64,000 nt of DNA from positions 1,184,001 to 1,248,000 of the forward strand of contig CAVTRY010000011.1 of the NCBI GenBank assembly GCA_963737265.1. The letters are read 5' to 3'. The position numbers were made by a program, and so were the translations under genes. The notes below the pieces were generated by a model that was not told where the DNA came from, ran no database searches, and was given only the letters and a program-made list of their open reading frames with translations. Shown one piece after another: positions 42,148-50,591 of this stretch; position 1 is the first letter of the stretch, and each line of letters opens with the position of its first letter. The stretch comes from an uncultured delta proteobacterium (GTDB lineage Bacteria > Myxococcota_A > Polyangia > Fen-1088).

Positions 42148-42272
42148 TTCAAGTCCCGCGGCTGACATAGAGAGGCGCAACCGCGAGAATCTCGGGGTTG
42201 CGCCATTGATGGACTGGTTCGAATTACTAAGGGCTAGGCTAAGTGAACGGCTAGCGCGTGACGTTGGAAATT

Positions 42273-44177
42273 CTACGTGGTCAGAGCCTGCACGCTTTCC
42301 ACGGCGGACTTGTCGAGCAGCACCGACTTCTGTTTCCTCTTGCTGCTGCCGAGGAAGTAGACGGCGCCGTAGAGTCCCCAGATAAAGCACACTCCGAGTG
42401 CGATGTAGGGTTCCTTGACGCTCATACCGGACACCATGAATGGACCGATAAGATAGAAGAGCATGCAGAGCAGATTGGCCACCAGACCAAACACCGGCAC
42501 CAACACATGTTTGATCGTGTTGAACGAGTGGTGCTCCTTGAAGGCCACAATCGCAATGACGTTGGTAATCATGTAGAGCAAGAAGGTGCCGAAGTTGCTA
42601 ACTAGAGTGACGATGACCAGCGTGTTGGGCATCTTGGCATAGGTCGCCGGGTCGAAGAGGCCAAAGGCGTACCAGACGTTATGGATGTTGGCTTCAAGGG
42701 GCGCCGGGGTGGTGCCGCCAAGGTAGATCGACACGGTCGCAATGCCGATCACGGCCGAGATGACCACGAGGGTCCAGATCGACCGGTGCGGGGTCAGGGT
42801 CTTGCCGTGAAGCATGCCGAAGTGGGACGGCACTTCGTCGTCCTTGCCCATGGCATAGGTCACGCGAGCGCCGGTCGATAGACAGGACAGCGTCGTGCCG
42901 ATCAAAGCCAGGAACACGGTCGACGCCTGCACCAACATGAAGGCTTTACCGGCGGCTGGACTGCCGAACAGCCAGGTCCCCACGATGACCATCATGTCGC
43001 CGAGGGGTGCGCCCGAGGCCCCGGCGTTGGCCAGGGTGTAGCCTTGATTCAGGAAGTAGTTTGCCGCGAAATACTCGATGAGGTAGCAGACCACACCTTG
43101 AATGGCGAGTGACAGAAGCACGGCGCGGGGAATGTCCTTCTTGGCATTCTTCGCCTCTTCACCCATCGACGTGACCGACTCGAACCCAACCAGGATCAAG
43201 ATTGCGATGCACGCCTGAATAAAGATGAGCGAGAAGCCGTGGGGAGCTACGACGGATGACCCGGTGGGGTGGAACTTGAAGTGTGGGGTCAGCGGCGTCG
43301 GGTGGTCCGCATCGACCGGCTCCATCGTCGTTCCCTGATCGGCGGCATAGCTCAGGATGAACGGAACCGGCCGTCCTTCCTTCATCTCCGGAACGGGATT
43401 GCCGTCCGCATCGACCTTGTTCTGCAGGACCGGCTGTCCGTGGTCCATCTTCGGCGCGCCGTTTTCCACGACGGGCTCTTGCGCAACCTGGAAATTGACC
43501 GCCGTGCCATTGGCCAATTGAAAGCCTTGTGAGCCATCCGGATGGCTCAAGCGGTAAGAAATGGCCATACCCGAGAACACGAGGAGAGCCGCGATCTGAA
43601 TCACGTTGATGGCCACGTTGACGCCCGTGGTACCGGTAACGCCGCGGAAGGCGATGAAACCCACACCCGCTGCGAAGGCAACGCAGAACAGAATCATGAA
43701 CAGTGGGCTGTTGTAGACGCCGCTGAAGGTGTTGGGGAAGAACTGATTGAGCAAATACCCGCTCAGAATGGCCGTGACGCCGACCATGCACCCGGGATAG
43801 ACCCAGTAGTAGAGGTGGCTTGCCCAACCCGTAACGAACTTCGCCACGCGGGCGAATTTGAATGCCTTGGTGGTTTTGAGAAAGGCCTGCTCGGCGAAGA
43901 AGTACGAAGAGCCGGCCCCCGGATACAGCTTCGATAGCTCGGCGTAACTAATCGCGGTAGAAAAGCACAGAAGCAAGGCCGCGATAATTCCGAACCACAT
44001 CGCCTGGCCGGCCATTGGAGCGCCGTACAGCGACTGCATCTGGAAGGTGAGCCACAGAAATGCGCCGGGCGCAATCAGGGCCATTGCATTGATGGTGAGC
44101 CCCGTCAATCCCAGCGTCGCTCGCGACGAGGTGCTCGAGGCATTGGCGGGAACGGCGGTGCGCGATCCATCTGCCAT
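42273..44177 (-). CDS. APC-family permease
   Basis: Multiple TM helices; ISYAELSKLYPGAGSSY, GFESVTSMGEEAKN and ARVTYAMG. Confidence 0.9.
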   Translation of the reverse strand: MADGSRTAVPANASSTSSRATLGLTGLTINAMALIAPGAFLWLTFQMQSLYGAPMAGQAMWFGIIAALLLCFSTAISYAELSKLYPGAGSSYFFAEQAFLKTTKAFKFARVAKFVTGWASHLYYWVYPGCMVGVTAILSGYLLNQFFPNTFSGVYNSPLFMILFCVAFAAGVGFIAFRGVTGTTGVNVAINVIQIAALLVFSGMAISYRLSHPDGSQGFQLANGTAVNFQVAQEPVVENGAPKMDHGQPVLQNKVDADGNPVPEMKEGRPVPFILSYAADQGTTMEPVDADHPTPLTPHFKFHPTGSSVVAPHGFSLIFIQACIAILILVGFESVTSMGEEAKNAKKDIPRAVLLSLAIQGVVCYLIEYFAANYFLNQGYTLANAGASGAPLGDMMVIVGTWLFGSPAAGKAFMLVQASTVFLALIGTTLSCLSTGARVTYAMGKDDEVPSHFGMLHGKTLTPHRSIWTLVVISAVIGIATVSIYLGGTTPAPLEANIHNVWYAFGLFDPATYAKMPNTLVIVTLVSNFGTFLLYMITNVIAIVAFKEHHSFNTIKHVLVPVFGLVANLLCMLFYLIGPFMVSGMSVKEPYIALGVCFIWGLYGAVYFLGSSKRKQKSVLLDKSAVESVQALTT

Positions 44178-44410
44178 TGTTCTGTTCCTTTCCTTGTGGG
44201 TTAATAACCAACGGTTGCTACGCACCTAAGACTACCCACGGATGGTTAAGGGCGGGTTTCAAGCCAACTAACTTTCCGTTAAGGATCGCCATTTGTTTCC
44301 GAAATATGAACGCCAGATAGCCACGCGATTAGCCACGACGTACAACTGTCGTTTCGGGATATCCGTTGCAGTACAAAAACCGACCATCCCCACGGTCGAG
44401 ACGTGCTTTG

Positions 44411-47116
44411 CTAGCGACCGTTTCGGTGGACAGCCAACGCCGCGCGAACGGCGGCAAGGACGGCTTCTTCTTGTTCGCTGCCGAGGGCCGATTCCAATGC
44501 TTGCAACGAGTGCGCTCCGCCAAGGCGCCCAAGGGCGCTCGCCGCCGCCACGCGCACCGGAACGTACTCGTCACTCTTGAGGCACGCCGCCAGAGCGGAT
44601 ACGCTGGTGGGATCGGCGATAGCCGACAGCGCCTCCACGGTCTCGCGCCGGGTCTGCACAAAGGCGAGATGCTCGACCAAGGGACGAACCGCGCGGCCGT
44701 CTTTCAAGTCGCCCAAGACGGCAACGATACGCTTGCACAACGAGACATCGCCAGCGCAGGAATCCAAAGCCTCGGCTAGGATCGGGACGCCGGTCTTGTC
44801 GGCTTGCTCCGCCAAACCGAGCGCGGCCTGGACGTGCAAAGCATAGCTTGCCTCGGTCGCGTGCTTGGCCAGGATCGCGCGAACGCGCCCCTGTACGTCG
44901 GTTGCGCCTAGGCGCGCGGCCGCCACGGCTGCCCAGTCGCGGACTTCATCGTCCTTGGCGCTGGTTACCGCGGCCAGCAGCGCGCCGAGCGTCTCGGGCC
45001 GCGGCGGCAAGGCCGTGACCAGCAGGCTCGCGGCCTCGCGTCGCACGGCTGCCGGCGCGGTTCCAACCAGCAACGGCGCGAGCAGGGCAGCCACATGCGC
45101 ATCGCCCAGCCGAGCACGTTCGATCAGTCGGGCAAAATCGCCCGCGCCGCCCGCCGCTCCCACCAACTTCGTCTCATAGCGCGCCTGCTGCCCCAGCCAT
45201 TCGTCGAGAAGGTGCCGCAGAACCGCAACCCTGTCCGGCCGCTGGTCGGCCATGTCGTGCTGTTCGCGCGGATCCGAGCCGACATCGAAATACGAACAGT
45301 AGTCTTTGCCCACGTCGCAAATCAGCCGTTCCGATGCGAGCGCGACCATGCGCTTGTCTTCCACCTCGGCGAACGCGGGCGGCAGACGGTCGGACGGCGC
45401 CGGCGGATTCACCAACCACGGACCGAGATCCGTGCCCCGCATGCGCGCGGGCAGCGGGATGTCGAGCAGCCCGAGAACGGTCGCCGAGATGTCGATAAGC
45501 TGCGTCGTGCCGGCGACAAGGTGCGGGGCAAGACCCGGGACCACGACGATGAGCGGGACGCGGACCTGCTCCTCGAACAGGGTCGTTCCGTGATAGCGCC
45601 CGCCATGTTCGCCAAATTCTTCACCATGGTCGGCGGCCAGAATGATGATCGCGCCCGGCCGCTTCCGCTCGATGATTTTCACCACGTTGCCAACGACCGA
45701 ATCGGCGTAAGCAATTTCGCTGTCGTAGCGATCGACGTCGCGCGAGCCGAAGTCGAAGCCCGGATGACGCTCGTACGGCTCATGCGGTTCGAACAGGTGC
45801 AGCCACAAAAACAGCTTGCGTGGATTTTCCGCGCGCAAGAAGTCTTCGATTTGGCCGACGCGGCCTTCAGCGGCGAGGAATTCGTATTTCACGTATTCAA
45901 AGTCGAAGTTATTCGCCTCGAAGGCCTTCATCTTGTGGGCGTCGATGTAGAACACCGCAGGCGGAAAGAACGCCGCCGTCTTCCAACCATAGCGGCGCAA
46001 AAGCTTGGCCAGGGTCTCGTGCGTGTCGGAAGGCGCCAGTCGAGCCAGCGTCGGGTAGTACTTTCCGATCATGAGCGATGCGAGCGAGAACGACGTGTGC
46101 GGCGCTTGGGTATACGCGTGCTCGAAGCGCACGCCACGGGCGGCGAGAGCGTCAATGTTGGGCGTGGTCGGACGGGGGTACCCGTAGCAGCCCAAATGAT
46201 CGGCGCGCACGGCATCGATGGTGATGAGCACGATATCGGCGTCGGGCCGGCGCGGCCCCTCAGGCAGGAGTGGCAACGTCGCGGTGGCTGGGGACGCCGC
46301 GGAAAGCACCACGGGCGTCTTCCGCGGCGGAAGACTGCACAGAAGGATGCTGGCGAGCTGGGTCTTTTCGTAGACGAAGAAGCGCAGGCCCTGGCTGGTG
46401 GCAAGAGAGGGGAGCGCAAGCGCAAGTCCAAGCGCGAGCGCGCTCGCCAAGACCACATCGATGAGCCACCAGCGGGTCCAGCGTCGGAGCCCAAGCCAGA
46501 CGCGCAGGGCGAGCACCCACAGCACAAGCTGCATCGCCGCGAGCGAGAGGTGAAACCAAGAATAGAGCCGTGGCAGCACGACACGATTGGTTCGGTCGAT
46601 CGCCAGCGCCACAAGTGCGAGCACGATCCCCGCAATGAGCGCACGCTTCACGCTGCCTTCGCCGCTGGACTTACCATCGGTGCGCTCGGCACGGGAGAGA
46701 ATCCTGTCCCACAGCGATACCGCAAGCAGCACACACCCCGCACCCAAAACCAAGAGCACCGCCGACAGCAGATTGTGCGCTGGAATGCGCGACGCCTGAA
46801 CACCGCGAAACACGGCCCAGGCGTCGTAGACGAGCAGCGGCGAGGCAAGCAGCAGCGCTGTCGCCTGCGCAGAAGAGACCCGCCGCGTTCTTGCCCGCGG
46901 CCGCTCCAGCCCGAGCATCGCCACGACGAAAACCAGTGCCAGAGCGCCGCCGGCCAACGCTGCCAGTCCGCTGTCGATGGCGACGAGGTGAATTCGGTTG
47001 GTCGCGCCGAGGATTCCGGCTGAAGCCGCCAACGTCGCGATGGCGTCCGCGGCGCCGGCAAGCGCGCCGCCGAAAAAGCCAGCGACAATCGCCCGTCTTG
47101 CAGCGACCTGGTTCAT
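44411..47116 (-). CDS. Membrane-anchored sulfatase-like hydrolase with C-terminal HEAT repeats
   Basis: N-terminal TMs; LITIDAVRADHLG, TPNIDALA, HLFEPHEPY and ADHGEEFGEHG. Confidence 0.85.
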   Translation of the reverse strand: MNQVAARRAIVAGFFGGALAGAADAIATLAASAGILGATNRIHLVAIDSGLAALAGGALALVFVVAMLGLERPRARTRRVSSAQATALLLASPLLVYDAWAVFRGVQASRIPAHNLLSAVLLVLGAGCVLLAVSLWDRILSRAERTDGKSSGEGSVKRALIAGIVLALVALAIDRTNRVVLPRLYSWFHLSLAAMQLVLWVLALRVWLGLRRWTRWWLIDVVLASALALGLALALPSLATSQGLRFFVYEKTQLASILLCSLPPRKTPVVLSAASPATATLPLLPEGPRRPDADIVLITIDAVRADHLGCYGYPRPTTPNIDALAARGVRFEHAYTQAPHTSFSLASLMIGKYYPTLARLAPSDTHETLAKLLRRYGWKTAAFFPPAVFYIDAHKMKAFEANNFDFEYVKYEFLAAEGRVGQIEDFLRAENPRKLFLWLHLFEPHEPYERHPGFDFGSRDVDRYDSEIAYADSVVGNVVKIIERKRPGAIIILAADHGEEFGEHGGRYHGTTLFEEQVRVPLIVVVPGLAPHLVAGTTQLIDISATVLGLLDIPLPARMRGTDLGPWLVNPPAPSDRLPPAFAEVEDKRMVALASERLICDVGKDYCSYFDVGSDPREQHDMADQRPDRVAVLRHLLDEWLGQQARYETKLVGAAGGAGDFARLIERARLGDAHVAALLAPLLVGTAPAAVRREAASLLVTALPPRPETLGALLAAVTSAKDDEVRDWAAVAAARLGATDVQGRVRAILAKHATEASYALHVQAALGLAEQADKTGVPILAEALDSCAGDVSLCKRIVAVLGDLKDGRAVRPLVEHLAFVQTRRETVEALSAIADPTSVSALAACLKSDEYVPVRVAAASALGRLGGAHSLQALESALGSEQEEAVLAAVRAALAVHRNGR

Positions 47117-47520
47117 CCCGCCTCCTCGCCGATAGGACGAGCCTGCGCCCAGCGCCGCTCGACCGCGCGCGGAAGCTCGGCGTACTCTGGCCGAGCCAGC
47201 CTCGGGGACAGCATCGGATCCATGGCGACGATCGCTTCGGCCTCCTTGTGCGCAAGCTCGACCAGTTGCATCGAGGGTGACGATATCGAGATCGGCATAG
47301 AGAGTTAGGGCCTAGGTGCGCGGAATGGGCGTTGCGGGAAGCACGAGCAGGTGCGGCACAATGCCGTTTTTCTCGCGGGTTTGCCAGCCGTTTTCGTCGC
47401 TTTCACGACGGCGCAAACACACGCCAGCCCATGCGCGGTCAGCCGCGCTGCTGTGACCGAACCGGCCCCCGCCAACTTGACGACAGGGTCGTCAAGCCCG
47501 ACTGGCAGCCGCGCCAGGGC
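47113..47520 (-). pseudogene. recG: Collapsed RecG helicase pseudogene
   Basis: Three fragments in order: LDDPVVKLAGAGSVTAARL (N-term-like), PHLLVLPATPIPRT*ALTLYADLDIVTLD (helicase motif III region), and LVELAHKEAEAIVAMDP...RW (C-term-like). Confidence 0.8.
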
Positions 47521-47533
47521 CGTCGGCCTTCGC

Positions 47534-48166
47534 CTATTGGAAGGTGAACTTAAGCTGATACTCGCAGATCGAATAGACGTCACCCTCTTCGATCTTTCGG
47601 GCTTCGATGCGTTCGCCGTTGTAGTCGATACCGTTGGTCGAGCCCAAATCCTTGATGTAGTAAGCGCCGGCGCGGCGGACCACGGCGGCATGCTTGCGCG
47701 AGATGTTCCCGTCGCGAATGGCAAGGTCCGACGTCTTGGCGCCGCGGCCAATGATGAACTGATCCTTGTCCACGATGTACTTCTGGTTGCCGAAGATGAG
47801 ATAGAGCGGCGGCACGGCTGCCAACCCGCTGCCTGTTCCCGCCGGGGGCACCGCCACGGCCGGACCCGGCGGCAGCGGCGGCCGGCCCGCGTAGTGCGCG
47901 GTCATGCGCGCCGACGGCAACGGCGGCGGCACCGGCGGCGGCATCGATGTCCTCGGCTGCTCTGGGCCAGTAAAAAGCTTGGACGGCTGGGCGTCGGTGT
48001 CCGGACCCACCAAGTAGCCGCTTTGCTCGACAAAATGCTTCATCGCCTCGTTGACCAGTTCGTCGACGCCGCGATCCATGGCTTCGGACATTTGCTCGAA
48101 TACCTGCCAAAGGGCGTCGCGGCAGTAGAAGTGGCGAAGCGTTTTTCGATTCGGGTCCGTGGGCAT
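47534..48166 (-). CDS. FHA-domain protein with RHH-like N-terminus
   Basis: FIIGRG...ISRKHA...DLGSTNG; Pro-rich linker. Confidence 0.88.
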   Translation of the reverse strand: MPTDPNRKTLRHFYCRDALWQVFEQMSEAMDRGVDELVNEAMKHFVEQSGYLVGPDTDAQPSKLFTGPEQPRTSMPPPVPPPLPSARMTAHYAGRPPLPPGPAVAVPPAGTGSGLAAVPPLYLIFGNQKYIVDKDQFIIGRGAKTSDLAIRDGNISRKHAAVVRRAGAYYIKDLGSTNGIDYNGERIEARKIEEGDVYSICEYQLKFTFQ

Positions 48167-48429
48167 GATACCTCACACTATAGAAAACCTATCCATCTAG
48201 CCAACTAGCAAGCCAACTTCCTAATCCCGCGACAGCCGCAGAAGGCCGTGGCCGGAGTGACCTTCGTCGGCCACGGCCACGACGACGACGACGTTTACGA
48301 CCACCATTCATCGCTCCAACTGGGTGGCGCGTCCATTCTGGAAAGGCGTCTTTTTCTGCCGCCTCCCGCGATGTCGCTGCGCTTGTCGCGGGATTGCGGC
48401 CACCTGGCCATTCCACCATAAACCCCACC

Positions 48430-49731
48430 CTAGCCACCCTGGCCCTGCAATAGCGCCGCGACCCGCTTGGCCTCCGAGCCCACCGACACCCCGGCTGGGA
48501 ATCCCTTGATCTTGGCCGTGTCGCCCGCAAGTTTCAGGAGTGCGCCGACATCCGCCGCCGTCCCCAAACGCACCTTTGGCGTCGCCGGCAAGGGCGCCTC
48601 AAGAGCCAAAATCGCAGTCATGCGGGCCAGCGGCGAGGGCGACGCCAAGGCGGCCAAAACCTGCGGTTTGGCCGGGGGACCCACCTTTGAGATGTCCTTG
48701 ACGAGGAAATCGATCACGTCTTCCTTCTTGAAAGAAAGCTTGCCAGAAAACGCCTGCAGCGCTGGAACAATTGCCGCGCTCTTACCTATCTCGATGGCCG
48801 CCTCGTGCGCGCGGTAGCGCACGAGCTCGTTCCTGTCTTCTGCGATGATTCGAATCAACCCGTTCTGAGCTTCCGGCCCGCCGACCTTCTCGACGACGCC
48901 GAAAGCCTCTCCGCGCAATTCGCGGTTCGCCTTGGCGTCAGCGGCGATCTTGAGCGCCAACGGCAGCACGCTTGGAAAGCGCGATTGCTGGAGCGCCTTG
49001 GCTGCCGCAATCGCTTCCACGGCGGAGCCCTTCTGCATCTTGCCGGCCAGATAGTCGGTGACCGTGGGTCCGCCAAGCAGGCCCAAGGCCAGCCACATGT
49101 CGTCCGGTACCGCGCCGCCTGACGAAAGTCGCTTGAGCAACGCGACGCCACCTTGGTCGCGTGTCGGCTCGTCGCACACTTTGACCAGCAGCTCTGCCAA
49201 GCCTCGATAGGGTGCCTTGGGATCGCCCAGCAGCTTGACCAGCATCGGTCCCGAGGCGGGCCCGATGGCCGACAGCATCTTGTCGAGAGAATGGCGTCCG
49301 CCGGTGAAACGGCCTTCGGCGAGATCCTTCTCGATAGAGGCAAGCAAAGCCGCATCGATGCGTTTCTGCTCGTCTGGGGGAGCGTGCTGGCGCACGCTGA
49401 AAAGTCCGTCGCGCGCCTCGCGCGCCTTCGGCACCTGCGGGCTCGCCATGCCCGTGATGTGGATCTCGACTAGGCTTTTCAGGATCTCCCAGCGCTCGCC
49501 TGCCTCGCTGGCGGCTAGGATTTCGTCGACCTTTTCCGGCCGTCCGATATCGACCAGGGCGGCAGCGGCCTCGGCGCGAAGCTTCGCCGGCACGTTCGAG
49601 CTGCGCAGGGCTTCCTCGATCCTGTCCGGACCCTTTTGCGTGCCCTTCCACGTTTCGATCTTCTCGGAGTTGACGCTTTCGCACGCCACGACGCCGAGCA
49701 AGGACAGACCAATCACCGCCAGCGTTCTCAT
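48430..49731 (-). CDS. HEAT-repeat lipoprotein
   Basis: Lipobox VVAC and helical repeats. Confidence 0.75.
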   Translation of the reverse strand: MRTLAVIGLSLLGVVACESVNSEKIETWKGTQKGPDRIEEALRSSNVPAKLRAEAAAALVDIGRPEKVDEILAASEAGERWEILKSLVEIHITGMASPQVPKAREARDGLFSVRQHAPPDEQKRIDAALLASIEKDLAEGRFTGGRHSLDKMLSAIGPASGPMLVKLLGDPKAPYRGLAELLVKVCDEPTRDQGGVALLKRLSSGGAVPDDMWLALGLLGGPTVTDYLAGKMQKGSAVEAIAAAKALQQSRFPSVLPLALKIAADAKANRELRGEAFGVVEKVGGPEAQNGLIRIIAEDRNELVRYRAHEAAIEIGKSAAIVPALQAFSGKLSFKKEDVIDFLVKDISKVGPPAKPQVLAALASPSPLARMTAILALEAPLPATPKVRLGTAADVGALLKLAGDTAKIKGFPAGVSVGSEAKRVAALLQGQGG

Positions 49732-49743
49732 CGGGACCAGATG

Positions 49744-50539
49744 TTAGCCACCTGCGGATCGCCGGGTCAAGGTCAACACGGATCTTGCCTTGACGGGGTC
49801 GTTGGTAACGATGCCGCTTACGCCCATGCCGGCCAAGGCCCGGATGCGATCGGGTGCGTCCGACCGTCCACGCGTTCACCGCATAGCCGCGACGCCGCCA
49901 CCGCGCCACTGTCCACGGCATGCACAGGCATTCATCTGGATGCACTGCGAATGGACGCAACAACGGCACAAGCGCATCCGTCCGCAGCGGCCAAGGCCGG
50001 TGAAATGGCCGCGGGCGCTCGAATAGCAACGCGCAGGGCACGGCGGGATGCCGCCTGCGCCACAACCAAATCGCCGCGGGGCTGAACGAAGAAACGAGTA
50101 TCCTTGGGCCCGCGCCGGCGCGGTCAATCGCGTCGGCCACGCGGTCGATGAGCGCCGGGCCAGGAAACAGACCGGCGCACTTGATCTCCACGTTGACGAG
50201 AGCCTTGGGACCGCAGGCGTCGAGCGCTTCGGCCAGCGTAGCCACGCCGCCACCGCCACGCAGGGACACCTCGCGAAGCGCGGCGAAGGAAAGCGCGGCG
50301 AGGCGTTCCGGTCGCCCCGCCAGCCTCGTCAAATCGTCATCGTGAAAAACCACGACCTCGCCGGTTCGGCAACATTGGACGTCCAGCTCCACGCCGTCCG
50401 CGCCGTCGGCCATGGCACGGCGGAAGGCGGCAATCGTGTTTTCGGTCTCGTGCGCGCTCGAACCTCGGTGGGCGATGACCAGTGGCCCTTTTCCAACTTC
50501 CGGTTGCCAGGTTGTCCGCGGCGACGAATTCCAGGCCAT
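49744..50539 (-). CDS. Glycerophosphodiester phosphodiesterase, +1 frameshift near 49861
   Basis: IAHRGSS..ENTIAAF, ELDV and HDDDL. The true C-terminus WTV/DAPDRIRALAGMGVSGIVTNDP lies in the neighbouring frame. Confidence 0.85.
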
Positions 50540-50591
50540 GGTGCATAGGCTTTATAGCGCGCGGGGGCCGGCCCTGCGCTAAACTCCGCGC

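Noticed and set aside
44178-44410. Riboswitch (e.g. c-di-AMP) upstream of the APC permease
   Set aside because: No recognisable aptamer consensus on the minus strand by eye. An Rfam scan would be needed.
48189-48330. Arg-rich small protein or ncRNA between the HEAT lipoprotein and FHA genes
   Set aside because: The Arg run derives from a GAC/GTC microsatellite next to a GGCCGTGGCC hairpin. It is more likely a REP-like or terminator element, and the evidence is insufficient.
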